Origin: a virus
Taxonomy: Duplodnaviria > Caudoviricetes
Virus record (IMG/VR): IMGVR_UViG_3300046170_000038
Coordinates: 1-55,347 of that record
DNA: 55,347 bases
Strand: one strand, 5' to 3'
The translations under genes and the position numbers were made by a program. This document shows positions 37,347 through 48,655 of this stretch, in pieces (the stretch's first letter is position 1; each line of letters opens with the position of its first letter). The notes under the pieces are model-generated. The model was not told the DNA's origin. It did no database searches and saw only the letters and a list, made by a program, of their open reading frames with translations.

Positions 37347-39085
37347 CTAACGTCTTGCTCCTAATTGATATTCTAGCTGAAACCCTTTAAGTGAGTACGG
37401 GGCAGTAGTACCACCGTCTTCTACTTTTAATGCAACTGAAAAACCAGAACCTTCTACTGGTTGACGTACAAGGGGCTGGGTTGGCCCACCATAAACAAAC
37501 TGTGTTGCACTGCCTTCTGTGCTGTACGTAGCAGAACCATACTGTGCAGCCACGTTAGCTGTGTCTAGTGGGTAGTTTGCAGGTCTAGCAGAATCTGTAT
37601 CTTCATTGTCATATCTAAGTATTAAGTCAGCATCAATGTCTGCTTCTGGTTTGTAGTTAATGATAACCCGTTGCATGTGCTTACGGATACCAGTATCACC
37701 AAAGCTCATGTCAGGACTTCTGTATCTACCTAAGATAGCTGTACCATCAAAGTCATTGCCTGATTCTTGTCTTTGTATAAAGCCTGTAGTGTCACCGTGA
37801 AGAACAATTACATCACCTGACTCAACAAAAGGTATCCGTACAAGCTACCTGTATGCCTCTTGTTTCAGAAAACTCAAATGCTTCTTTCTTAAGAACACAA
37901 ATAGCACCTTTAGATAGTGACTGCCCTTGCCCATCTTTAGTAAAGAATATGCGGTATTGGGTCTTATCGGGTATAACTACGGAGTCAAACGATCCAGCAT
38001 CACTGATGTTCTCATCAAATACAGTTTGGATGTTCTTACTAATAGTACCCTAGTTCAGTATCACCAATACGTGCAGTCGCAGCAACAGTACGTAGTCCAT
38101 CAGGACCAAGAAATATTAAGTCACCTGCAAATTCCTGCACGGTAAAGCTGTTAATGCATCCAATGTTTCTAGTAACAGGTTGTACAGAAAAGTCAGAAGA
38201 ACTAGAACCAGTAAGTTTAAATATCCTGTTTTCACAAAAGATAAACAAGCTATCACGGAAAACCTTTAGTGCAACTACAGTATCATCAACCTTAATACTA
38301 CCTGCACCTTGACCACTATTAAACCCGTCTTCATCAAACGGCTCACTAAATACTACCTCTTGTGGTGTAGTAGACTTACCACCATAAAACATATGATTTC
38401 TATATGCAGCCACAACAGTAGCACCTGTTACACTACTATCACTAACATCTGCTGCTGACATAGAAGTGTTAAATATTACAGGAGCATTAACCCCATCCAC
38501 ACAGATAATCTTTTCGTTACCGTCAAAGTTATATCTTTCAAAGTGGTACTTTGCAGCACTGGTTCTACCTGTGTCTCTAACAGTCCAGCTTTCTGATACT
38601 ACATCAAGTTTAGCATGTGCTGCTGCAGTAGAAGATACAGCCCTAGTTACACCTGTAAAGTTAGTAGATGTTTTACCTGTGTAAGTAAATATCTCTGAGT
38701 TAATCTGTAATGTGCCACTAGAAGAAAAACCTAATGTAGATGGTACAGTAATAGTACCTGATCCTGTCATGCTTGTATCTGCTGCAATAGCAATAGACAA
38801 CTCAGCAGAAGCAGAACTAAATATCTTTTCACCTCTGGCTGCTATTACTTTATTGTCAAAGTTAGCAATCATTAGCAGTGGCTCAGAGCTAGAACTAGTT
38901 TGAGGCACAATAGCATTTACATATTTACGAAAACCACTAATACGTCTATAGCCACCTGAAATGTCAGGCTCAAAGTTTTCTAGTTGTAGTGCCTCTCCCG
39001 GTTGCATAATAAAGTTAGATCGGTTAAGAACTAATCCACCTTCACAGTTAAATGCAACTGGCTGTGTCTGGGAACTATCAGGCAC
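37347..39085 (-). CDS. Tail tubular/nozzle protein (broken by indels near 38048 and 37830-37850)
   Basis: ORFs 38039..39085 and 37347..37709 are linked by continuous coding in shifted frames; beta-rich; follows the adaptor gene. Confidence 0.7.
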
Positions 39086-40027
39086 TAGCTTACAACCCCT
39101 GACATAAAGTTAACAGAGCCACGTGGTCTTAATACAACAGTAGACCTAACGTACTCATATTTATTAATTAACAAACTTTGCATGTTCTTAATACCCTGCT
39201 CAAACCTAGCAAAGTTTAATTGATACTGTTGCATTTCACCACGATACTGATATACAAAAGCAGAAGCACCATCTACAATTACAGGTGCAAACCTTTCAGG
39301 TATAGTAGTAGTATCTCCATGTGCAGAAAGATTAGCAGGAAATGTATAGTAATCAAATGTTAAAGTGTATTCTTTATCAGGAAATGGATGAAGTAAAAAA
39401 TTATTATCAGGTGTACGGAATAATACTTCTAGGTACACCGCCATTATCAAATTGAGCTACAAATACTCCATCTGCATGTGTAGCTGCAGTAGTGCTATTA
39501 GCACCACGTGTACAGCCTGTAAGATCATTACCTGATATAGCAGGTATATGTTACTTGCTCACTACCAAGATAAATAGTACCAGATGCATCAAAACCTGTA
39601 GTAGATGTAAGAGTTAGCGTTGCTACAGAATCAGAATGTGAGCCATTTAAAGTAGTAGATGCAATGTCATCTTCTTGATTAGGCATACTCATTCTGTATA
39701 TATTCATTATAGTTTAATGTACTAAGATTACTACCAGATGCATTAAGGCGTAGTACTTTTCTTTATCCTAGCTGTATTGTAGTCTATTGATTTAGTACTA
39801 GTAGGTACAGTATACCTAACTTTTCCCGGCACTAATGTTTCTGTATTAGTAGCGTGATTAAAAGAATATCCAAACTCACGTTGATTAATATATCGTATAG
39901 ACTCATTAACTGCATTTTTACATTGTATTTGTACGCCCCTAGCACTAGTAAAGTTACTAGAGGTAAGCTCTACTTCATTCATACGAGTGATGACACTGTT
40001 AGCTAATGTTAAATAAGTAAGAGCCAT
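39085..40027 (-). CDS. Tail adaptor/tubular protein A (about four indels)
   Basis: MALTYLTLANSVITRMNEV start at 40027; C-terminal part HPFPDKEY...TTTIPERF in 39085..39450. Confidence 0.7.
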
Positions 40028-40088
40028 TATAATTCCTAAATAGATTTTTGCCCCAAGAATTGTTTGTTGCATAAACTTGATGCACCAA

Positions 40089-40114
40089 TGGGGCCAGCAT
40101 ATAGCCAGCCCCAA
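40089..40114 (-). terminator. GC-rich hairpin after the capsid/decoration genes (terminator or stabiliser)
   Basis: GGGGCTGGC-TATAT-GCTGGCCCC on the - strand; U-tract is poor. Confidence 0.5.
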
Positions 40115-40128
40115 AGTATATAGGTTTA

Positions 40129-40664
40129 TTAAATGAGGTCACGTTGAGCAACAGCAGCCTCAGTCTTTGCAGCCTGAAACATCTGCAACTACTGCATATA
40201 CCCGAAGGCGTCCAGTAGCAGGTGCAGCACCAGCAACAAGAACGTCAATGGTATCAGCAGCACCAACACATGCCAAAGCAGCAGCAGCAAACGTAGAAGC
40301 TGCGCCTGTATTGACAATGTTAGCTTCACCGTTAGTACCTTTTGCAAGGTATGTACCAGCAGCAGCAGTCAAGTCAGCACCGTCAATAATGTCATCGCCA
40401 CCAGCGAAGTCAATATCTGCAGTACAAGAAGTCGTGAAAGGTTTCATGATTTCTGCACCAGCAGCAACGATAACTGATTCAGCAGGGATTTCTAGTAGTT
40501 GAAAGATATCACCAGTTTGCGCCAGAGTAACCAGCAGTAACCATTGCATCAATATCTAGGATTGCTTCAATGGTGCGTACAGAGTTACCAACTACTGTTG
40601 GAACAGCAAGAACATTTGCTCCAACACCAGCGGTATCACTGGAAGTCATATCATAAGTAGCCAT
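40129..40664 (-). CDS. Capsid-associated (decoration/cement-like) protein (two +1 indels near 40517 and 40173)
   Basis: MATYDMTSS start with GGGGGA SD directly after MCP; removing two bases gives a 177-aa ORF. Confidence 0.65.
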
Positions 40665-40676
40665 GTTATATCCCCC

Positions 40677-41750
40677 TTACGCTGCGTTATATTTGGCAGT
40701 AACGATACCTTCAGGACGAAGAATCTTTCTACCGTATAGATGCATACCACGAACAATGTCAGCAAAGCTGTCAGGGTCACGATATGTTTCTGTCTTATTG
40801 ATCTGCTCGGCAGTTGCTACAGCAGAATCATGTCCAGCAACAATAACACCAAAGTTAGAGTTTTGGTTAGAAGCACCAGATGTTCCCGGTCCAGTACCTA
40901 CCGCTGGCAGGTTAGACGAAGAATATACACGGAAGCCGTGGAAGTTATTGAGAACAAGACCATTACGAAGTCCACCTGATTCACCGAAGTCTGCATTCAT
41001 GAAGCGTGAATCTTCATCAGCAAGAATTTCCATGAATACTGGATCAACTACAATCCAACGGCCTTGTTTGTCAACTTGCTGTTGATCAAGCAAACGAGCC
41101 ATACGAGCAACAACCATTGCTGGTGAAGCCGTAGCAGTTGGAAGTGCAGTAGCACCGGGCAAACGTGCAGCCAGAGGAATAGAGTGTGTTCCTGCAGAGC
41201 TTGTAGTGATGTTGCCAAAGTCATCTTTATGCAGTTGCATAGAGGAAAGCAGTTCGTTAGAACCAGCAGTTGATACCGCTTTAGTACCGTTCACAGTAGT
41301 GTTCAGTGCATCAGCTTGTGAGTGCAAAGAAGACTGTTTGTAACCAGACATGTAGCCAAGAACTTCTTGGTCATGCTGATCAGCAAGACGGTATGCAGCA
41401 CGGTTAGAAGCAAGGTCCATGAAATTTACATGCGAATGTGCTTCTTCAATATCGTCCATTTTAAAAGCAAAATAGTTTGCTTTGTCAATGACTAATGAGA
41501 AATCTTCGTCTTGCAAATCTTGCGCTGTGACATTTGTGCCACGTGCATATTCGCTTACAGAGATTTCGGGTTCTTTAATGATCTTGACGGTATCGCCTTG
41601 ACCACTAATTTCTCCGAAATAATCAGAGTTAGTAATGTCACCACAGACGGTAGACTTGCGGAAGGCAAGTTGTACCTGTTTGCTGTAAATGACTGGGCTA
41701 AAATTACCATTAGGTAAATTACCATAACCCGTAGCTGTCGTAAATGCCAT
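40677..41750 (-). CDS. Major capsid protein
   Basis: GNFSPVIYSK, ITNSDYFGEI, GDTVKI and DSFADIVRGMHLYG; follows the scaffold gene. Confidence 0.92.
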   Translation of the reverse strand: MAFTTATGYGNLPNGNFSPVIYSKQVQLAFRKSTVCGDITNSDYFGEISGQGDTVKIIKEPEISVSEYARGTNVTAQDLQDEDFSLVIDKANYFAFKMDDIEEAHSHVNFMDLASNRAAYRLADQHDQEVLGYMSGYKQSSLHSQADALNTTVNGTKAVSTAGSNELLSSMQLHKDDFGNITTSSAGTHSIPLAARLPGATALPTATASPAMVVARMARLLDQQQVDKQGRWIVVDPVFMEILADEDSRFMNADFGESGGLRNGLVLNNFHGFRVYSSSNLPAVGTGPGTSGASNQNSNFGVIVAGHDSAVATAEQINKTETYRDPDSFADIVRGMHLYGRKILRPEGIVTAKYNAA

Positions 41751-41801
41751 TGTATTATTCCTTTGCATTAAGACACAGATACAAACTTAAATGTAATTAA
41801 T

Positions 41802-41952
41802 GAGGCTAATTCTTTTGGGTAACATTATTGTAAAAAGTTGGCCGACCTTTTACGTAACGGGCCACAAGACTTTAGGTAGTCGTTAGCACTATTCATGTTT
41901 GTGAAAGTAGATTTAACACAGGTAGTCCAAATAAGTAGGGGGCTGTGTTAAA
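41802..41952 (-). promoter_or_regulatory. Structured 5' leader of the capsid mRNA
   Basis: 10-bp stem 41912-41952 and multi-stem domain 41802-41881 with CC/YUAC internal loops. Confidence 0.65.
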
Positions 41953-41965
41953 CCTGTTGTATATA

Positions 41966-41998
41966 GTTATATTGTTTATTTAAGACTTGTCAAGTCTT
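41966..41998 (-). promoter_or_regulatory. Capsid promoter with a palindrome over the -35
   Basis: TTGACA-N16-TATAAC(TAT); AAGACTTG-T-CAAGTCTT at 41982-41998. Confidence 0.7.
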
Positions 41999-41999
41999 T

Positions 42000-42869
42000 T
42001 TATCGTGCGCTACCAGAAATATCGTAAATAAATTCACCTTTTCTAATAGCATCCATGATCTCATCTTGATGTTTCTCGTATTCTTTAGTAGACATTTTAT
42101 TAACACGTGACTCAGACATTTTAGTATTGTTAGATGTAGCGTCTGGTTGACCACGTGTATTACGAGTATTCACCGACTTAGCAGCTTCTTTGTTACTGCT
42201 AGGTTTCTTTGTTTTGATATTCATGTCTGCTTTGTACAAATCAATAGCACGTGCTGCAGACCTTGCATCATTATCATTTTCGTATAGTGCCTCTTGTACC
42301 CACTTAGGCTGTTCTTCTGCCCACTCATGGAACTCATCACTGTCACGTATCTCACCAAAGTCAGGGTGGGCTTTAAGTAATTCTACTTCAGCTTTCTCAC
42401 GTGATGCACTTTCCCGTAATGTATCAATTTCTTTAATACGTTCTTGTAAACCTTCTTGTTGTTCACGTGCTTTCTTAATAGCAATAGTTTCAACAATAGC
42501 AGCTACATCTGGATACTGGCTTGCCCATGCATCTATGTCTTCATCTGACTTAGGTAATTTAATTTCTTGTGCAGTACTTTGTTTTAATTGTGACTCTAGT
42601 GTAGTAATACGAGCTTCTAAGTCTGCCTTTGCTTTCTGTGATCCTCTACGTAAATCAGCATAGCGTTTCTTATAACTCTTTTCTTCTGCACCTTCTGGTT
42701 CTGCATCTTCTTTGGCCTGTACTTCAGCTTCTTTTTCTGCGCCTTCACGTTCTGCCATTAACTCACGTAGTTTTTTTTCGTCTTCCTCTACACGTTCATG
42801 CACTCTACTTTTACGTTGCATCATCATTGACTTGGGCGGTTCTTGTGCCTCTACTATTTGGTTTTCCAT
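42000..42869 (-). CDS. Capsid scaffolding protein
   Basis: Charged coiled coil; YKKRYADLR, HPDF, FHEWAEEQP and IDLYK; upstream of MCP. Confidence 0.85.
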   Translation of the reverse strand: MENQIVEAQEPPKSMMMQRKSRVHERVEEDEKKLRELMAEREGAEKEAEVQAKEDAEPEGAEEKSYKKRYADLRRGSQKAKADLEARITTLESQLKQSTAQEIKLPKSDEDIDAWASQYPDVAAIVETIAIKKAREQQEGLQERIKEIDTLRESASREKAEVELLKAHPDFGEIRDSDEFHEWAEEQPKWVQEALYENDNDARSAARAIDLYKADMNIKTKKPSSNKEAAKSVNTRNTRGQPDATSNNTKMSESRVNKMSTKEYEKHQDEIMDAIRKGEFIYDISGSAR

Positions 42870-42883
42870 TTTAGTTCCTATTT

Positions 42884-42930
42884 ACTGGGGCCACCGTAGC
42901 CTGTGTTATAAGGGGAGTGGGTAGGCCAGT
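42884..42930 (-). promoter_or_regulatory. Structured RNA element upstream of the scaffold RBS
   Basis: ACUGG-CCUAC-CCACU-CC-CCU-loop-AGG-CUAC-GGUGG-CC-CCAGU. Confidence 0.65.
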
Positions 42931-42943
42931 TCTAATTAGCTGT

Positions 42944-43138
42944 TTAACGTGCAGCTAAACCACGTTTAGGGACAGGTTCCGCTGTGGCAAATTGCCCTAG
43001 CATACGATCAAACTCTGCGCCAAAAACTTTTGCAATAACTTCTCTTACAGGTCCATTCATTGCTTCACGAATAATAGTTTTCTCTTCTTCTGATAGTTGT
43101 TCGTAGTTATTCCAAACTTCAATAAAATCAATTTCCAT
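42944..43138 (-). CDS. Small hypothetical protein
   Basis: TAATG-coupled; ends RGLAAR. Confidence 0.7.
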   Translation of the reverse strand: MEIDFIEVWNNYEQLSEEEKTIIREAMNGPVREVIAKVFGAEFDRMLGQFATAEPVPKRGLAAR

Positions 43139-46100
43139 TACTTTACTATTCCTTTATTATACAGGACAGTCCAATCTTTTTGATCTGTAAATAATCCAAT
43201 GCTATAGCAAATAGCTTCACCTACATTTTTAATAAGGTATCCTAGCACTGACCTCTTTTTATATTCTTGAGGTTTAACTATATGGGCTATCTCTTTAGCT
43301 CTCGCTATTGTAAGATATTCAAAAACATTTGTCAAGAGGGTAGATGATCTCATTTTAACAACCATAGGTACAGCCCAATAGTGATAGCCACGTACTGTAA
43401 TAGGTGACAAATGTTTGGCTGTATATACTACATCCATACGATACAGTTCACGGTCTAGCTTACCCTGCTTGTACAATTCAGTACAGATAACACGTGAGCT
43501 ACTACCATCACCGCCACCACGATCTATTTCCTGTTGAGCGCTTTCTCCCGGCCCACCACCATCAAACATATCTACAATGCTAGTAAATCCACCTGTATTT
43601 CCCGGTGGGTCTGCAGGTTTACTAGGTGTGCCTCCACTACCATCACTAGTATTATAACGTACACCGTCTTTAGTTACCTGTTTAGCTGTAGCTGTAGCAG
43701 GTGTACCACCTTTGTCTTGTTGTGTAATTCCCGGCCCTTCATACTTGTCACCATTTAGTTTAGTCTTTTTACCAAATGTACTCTTAACAAACTTAGTACC
43801 TTCAGCATCACTAAACACTGTCATAGCAGCACGTTGACCTGTAGCATTAGGATCAAGGTCACGAACTTTAGTAACCTTACCATCAGCTTTTTGTAAAACA
43901 CCAGCTTCATTACCATCACTACCAGATATCTTACCAATAGCATAGCCGCCTGTAGTACTACCTACGTAGCCAGCTTTAATTGAGTCTTGTGTTTGTTTAG
44001 AGTTTGCAATGTATGCTGGTATCTTAGAGGTTGCTGTAGCAATTTCTTTATTACGTGTTTGTATTCTAGTCCTTTGTGCTGCAGCTTCTCTGGCTCTAGT
44101 TTGTGCTGCAGTTTGTTGTTGTGCAGCTACATCTAAAGAAGCATCTTTAAAACCCGGCTCAAGTTCATCTCCAAAAATAGAATACCTTTTATCTTGTTCT
44201 GCAATAAATGGAGTTCCCCCAATATAAGAAGTATCACCAAATGCTTGTTTTGTTTGAATAGGTCCAAACATATCAGGCGATGCTTGAAGTGCTGCAGCTT
44301 CCCTTTGTGCTTGAGCATTAAGATTTTGTGCAGTGTATTGAAAAGCATCTGGGCTTGGATAACTTGGAACAAATCTATCAGAAGCAGGGCCATATGTTTC
44401 TTCTGCACTGACTGTAGTAGGTTTAACAACAGGAGATAAAGGAGAACCCATGCCTTCTGTTTCACGTGGGTCTTGCATTTGCACACCAACTTCATCATAG
44501 CTACTTTCTACAGATGTTTGTGGTTGTTTTTGTAAAACTCTATTTGCTTGACCTGCTTCGGCGGGAGCAACTACATAATTAACTGGGGGCATGTTTTGCA
44601 TTGCAGCATACATATCACTTTCGTAACCTGCACGTTGGGAAGGTCCATAGTTTTGTTGAGTTGTTTCTAATGAAGTATAGTCAGGTTTATCTTCTCTTAT
44701 TAAATTAGGTTTAGTTGGCGTGTATCTTTTTTTAAATTCTTGATCCCTTTGAAATTTTGCTAAGTTTTGTTCTGCTTCTGTAGGTTGTGGAGGTTGTACA
44801 TTTATACCCGCTTCATCATACCCTATTAAATTTTTATTAAATTCAGGGGCGTCAAAGTCAGGTCCAGTGCGTTCAGGACGTACATTAGGTTTTAATGCTT
44901 CTTGACTAGTAAGGTAGTCACCTGTACCAATCATTGAATTAATAGAAGATGGCCCCGTTTCAGATGCAGAACGTATTGGAGATAAAGCAGTTTGAGGTGG
45001 TCCTGCCCTAAGAGGTGACGTTAAAGGAACTGGTTTTTTTGAAGTAAGAGATTTATCTTTTGTAGAAGTAGGTGTTTGTATATTACCTGCTGCTACTCTA
45101 GCTCCCATACCGGGAAATGCAGTAGGTTGTCTAGGGTCTTGATTAGTAAATGTACCAATAGCTGTACCTTGTGGTCCTGTTTGAGTAACAGGTGCAGTAA
45201 CACTAACATCAGGCCGTAATATAGGTTTAAGACTTGTTGTAGGTGCAGCAGCAGTAGCAGGTTTAGTACCACTTACCTCTGTCACTGCAGCATTCTGTGC
45301 AACCTTTGCAGCATCCTCTTGATTAATGCCAAGTGCATTAGCAACAGGAGTAACAAGACCTGTAACAAAATTTGTTATGTTAGCAAACAGTCCTTCTTTT
45401 TTCTTAGGGTCTGTTTCACCACCATATTCTTTATAAAGTGCTAGTGCATTAGTTTTAGCTGGGCCATTAGGCATATTATCTATGCGGCTTTTCATATTAG
45501 CCATTTGATTATTTTTATTGTTACGCATTAAAGCACCAACTAATAAACCAACAGGGCCACCTACCATAGTAGCAATAGCTAAACCTGCAGCATTACCTGC
45601 TTTAGCACCAAAGCCATTTTGTTCTGCCATATAACTAAAAAACTCATCGTCATTCATATTTCTATAGTCAGGTGCTGGTTGATCTGGCTGTGGCTCTGGG
45701 CCTTCATTATCACCAGTAGTAGGTCTATAGCTACGTCTATTAACAGTCTGAATAGCTGCCTGTGTAGTTGTAGGTGCTGTGTTAGCAGGTGGTGTGTACA
45801 GTGTATACCCTGCAGGTATTTCAGTAGTAGCTACTCCATTTACAGATGTAATAATAATAGAGTTACCATTAGCGTCACGATATTCCTGCATAGTTACTAC
45901 AGGTGTCTTCATAAAGTCATCATACACAATAGGTGTCTGCGTACCAGTAGATGTACCACCACCCATCGTAGGTACAGGTGCTGTTTGTAATGTCTGCATT
46001 TGTGGTACAAATCCACCCTCTGCAAATTCCATAGGCTCACCTTCACCACCTACAACAATAAGATCAGCCATACCAAATGGTAAGTCATCAGGCATAGTAG

Positions 46101-46380
46101 CCTCTTCACTATTGCCCATCTGTCCCATGCGTTCCATTTGTTTAAGGCCCATCTTAGCCTCTTGTCGTAATGCCATCATTTTATCTAGGCCATGATATCG
46201 TACTACATCTGCAGGAAAAATAAACTCACCTTCACTTACATTAGCTGGTATGTCATCCCGTACACCTTCTTTAGTGCCACCGATAGGTACACGATTGCCT
46301 GATGCTTCATCAATCTCGCCACCTTCGTCTTTTAATCCACCTAGTGCAAATGCTTGCATCTGTTTATCCATTAGACCCAT
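43138..46380 (-). CDS. Large low-complexity head-module protein (1080 aa)
   Basis: N-terminal DDIPANVSEGEFIFPADVV motif, P/T/Q-rich middle and C-terminal VICTELY...GYHYWA domain; between portal and scaffold. Confidence 0.75.
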   Translation of the reverse strand: MGLMDKQMQAFALGGLKDEGGEIDEASGNRVPIGGTKEGVRDDIPANVSEGEFIFPADVVRYHGLDKMMALRQEAKMGLKQMERMGQMGNSEEATMPDDLPFGMADLIVVGGEGEPMEFAEGGFVPQMQTLQTAPVPTMGGGTSTGTQTPIVYDDFMKTPVVTMQEYRDANGNSIIITSVNGVATTEIPAGYTLYTPPANTAPTTTQAAIQTVNRRSYRPTTGDNEGPEPQPDQPAPDYRNMNDDEFFSYMAEQNGFGAKAGNAAGLAIATMVGGPVGLLVGALMRNNKNNQMANMKSRIDNMPNGPAKTNALALYKEYGGETDPKKKEGLFANITNFVTGLVTPVANALGINQEDAAKVAQNAAVTEVSGTKPATAAAPTTSLKPILRPDVSVTAPVTQTGPQGTAIGTFTNQDPRQPTAFPGMGARVAAGNIQTPTSTKDKSLTSKKPVPLTSPLRAGPPQTALSPIRSASETGPSSINSMIGTGDYLTSQEALKPNVRPERTGPDFDAPEFNKNLIGYDEAGINVQPPQPTEAEQNLAKFQRDQEFKKRYTPTKPNLIREDKPDYTSLETTQQNYGPSQRAGYESDMYAAMQNMPPVNYVVAPAEAGQANRVLQKQPQTSVESSYDEVGVQMQDPRETEGMGSPLSPVVKPTTVSAEETYGPASDRFVPSYPSPDAFQYTAQNLNAQAQREAAALQASPDMFGPIQTKQAFGDTSYIGGTPFIAEQDKRYSIFGDELEPGFKDASLDVAAQQQTAAQTRAREAAAQRTRIQTRNKEIATATSKIPAYIANSKQTQDSIKAGYVGSTTGGYAIGKISGSDGNEAGVLQKADGKVTKVRDLDPNATGQRAAMTVFSDAEGTKFVKSTFGKKTKLNGDKYEGPGITQQDKGGTPATATAKQVTKDGVRYNTSDGSGGTPSKPADPPGNTGGFTSIVDMFDGGGPGESAQQEIDRGGGDGSSSRVICTELYKQGKLDRELYRMDVVYTAKHLSPITVRGYHYWAVPMVVKMRSSTLLTNVFEYLTIARAKEIAHIVKPQEYKKRSVLGYLIKNVGEAICYSIGLFTDQKDWTVLYNKGIVK

Positions 46381-46585
46381 TCTGTAGTACCTCTTCTCTA
46401 AGTAAAAGTAATCTGCGTAATGTATGTATTGCGCCTTGCGCTCTATAAACTATAACACTTTCGTCTGTTTGCTCCATAGTGCGATGCTGTTGTTTAATTA
46501 AGTCCTCAACATAATTATTGAATTGGTCCCATTCCTGCTGGTTGACCACCAGCGGCTTGAGGTTGTTGAGTAGGTTGCTGTTCAT
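46364..46585 (-). CDS. Small protein downstream of portal
   Basis: MNSNLL...YRAQG...LLLLREEV; AGGA SD before 46585. Confidence 0.65.
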   Translation of the reverse strand: MNSNLLNNLKPLVVNQQEWDQFNNYVEDLIKQQHRTMEQTDESVIVYRAQGAIHTLRRLLLLREEVLQNGSNG

Positions 46586-48645
46586 TTCCTGTAAATCCTT
46601 GTTGTCCCGGCGCAGGTACTCCACCTGTACCTATAGTTGCACCACCAACGCCAGATGCGTCTACTGGTGGTTGTCCACCTTGGGGTGGTTGTGGCTGTTC
46701 CTGTTGAAAGCCCTTCATCATTTCTGCTTGCAGTGCAGCTTCATTCATATTGTTTGTTACTTTGTCTGGGTCAAGATCAAGAGACTTTGCAATCTCCCGA
46801 ATAATATAATCAAACTTAGTAAAGGGTGCTAGTGACGGTGCGGCTGCAATCTGCATAAACTGTGTAAGACGTTGACTACGTACCTCATTAGCCATAAGAC
46901 TTTCAGTACCACGTGCCTTTACTTCCAAGTCACCCTTAATGTCAGGGTCAAAGTCAAACTGCATGTTAAACCTAAACAAACCCTCACCTAGTGGACGTAG
47001 TAAGTAGTCATCAATGTTTTTAACTACAGACTTAATACTTCCCTGTGCTGCGCCCATAAGCATACTAATGCCTGATGCAGTTCTACCTACACCTGATACA
47101 CCTGTCTGTCCATGAGCAAAGCTAGGAAAGCCAGTACTTTCATCTGCAAGTACACGTGCCTTATCAAACAGTTGCAGATTTTCTCCTGATACATTAGGAA
47201 ACTTAGTACCAAAAATAGCCTGTCCCGGTGCGCCACCTTGACGCCTAAAGACCTTGCCGGGATACAATGACAAGTCTTGACCGGGAACTAGGTTTGTTTC
47301 ATCAATCTCTATAAGTAAGTTACCCGACAGTACGGCATTATCTACAGCCATACGCATAAAACCATTCATCAATGTTTGAGTATCGTCCATGTTTTCAGCG
47401 ATACCTACACCAAAGAAGCTATAGGGATTGAGTTCATACGGGGCAGCATGATACGGTATACGGGCAGGTTTAAATGGATTAATTACCATACGTAGTAGTT
47501 TACCATTACACACCCAAACATTAGCCTGTAGTTCATCTACATCACTAAGCTCAGAGGGAATGTCTACGCCCTGTTCTTCTAAAAAATCTACATCAACCAT
47601 GCCCCAGTACTCTAGTACCTCATAGCGTTCTACGCCATGTTCAGGTGCATAGTCAGATAGATCATCTTCCCAAAATTCTTTATTATAATTCTCGCCAAGT
47701 TGTATTGCTTCATCAATTACATTGTCTCTAAAGAAAGGACGTTTCTTAAGTTGACGTAACTGTGTACGTGACATTTTATGACGTTCAATTACATACTGTG
47801 CTTCATCCATATTGTTTGCATCTGGATCAGGATAAAAGTTCCACACAGATACATGAGATACCTGTGGTACTGTTTTAATAGTGGGGCTATACTCACCCTC
47901 TTCATTCCAATGAGGGTACTCTTTGTCAACAGCAAATGGACCCTTCATAACACCAGTGCCAAACAATGCCATTTCAAATGCAGTATTACGTAAATGTTTA
48001 CTTGCATTAGATTCTTCTAGCTGATCCTGTATTTTCTTTTGCATTTTCTTTGCAGCTACCATAGCTGGACTAAATGTAATAGCGGTAGGTGTCATGCCTG
48101 TGCCATTTTTTAAACCATCTACGCCACGTAGTTTATCTGTAAAGGAGCCAAGCATTTCGCCTAGTGTTTTACTTGTAGCACCTTTAGCTAGTTCTTTACC
48201 GTCACCTTTAAATCCATACGGAGTTACAGGATCGTTTTCTTCTGACTCTTTAATTTGCTCTGGTTCTTTAGGATCAAAGTTTACATCTGACACTACGCCC
48301 TCTGGTAATTCAGTAGGGTCTACTGTAAGAGGAAACTTATTATTAGCAAACATAATAGACTCAAGCTGCTGATATGCAGCTAGTGTTTTAGTTTTAGTAA
48401 CCTTAATAAAAACTCTTGACTTTTCAGCTTCAGTAAATTGTACATCAGGGACCGTATATACCACGATAGTTTCTGTATGCAGCTAACCAGCGTTGTTCAT
48501 CTTGATTACGATAATCTTCTGCACGTTTAAATCGTCCCTCAATATAAGGAATAATGTTATTGGTTTGATAATCGTCTATAGAAGACTGTTCACTATCTTC
48601 TAGTACTATTGATTCGTCTTCAATGAATGTATTATCTTCGTCCAT
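46515..48645 (-). CDS. Portal protein (one +1 indel near 48449)
   Basis: 48445..48645 (...YRNYRGIYG) joins PDVQF... in 46515..48464; FGTGVMKGP, NFYPDP and FFGVG. Confidence 0.9.
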
Positions 48646-48655
48646 TTATATTTCC

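Noticed and set aside
33492-48645. Programmed frameshifting or pseudogenisation of portal, decoration, tail and fibre genes
   Set aside because: Too many breaks in essential genes, no consistent slippery heptamers, mostly one extra base in short runs; sequencing error is simpler.
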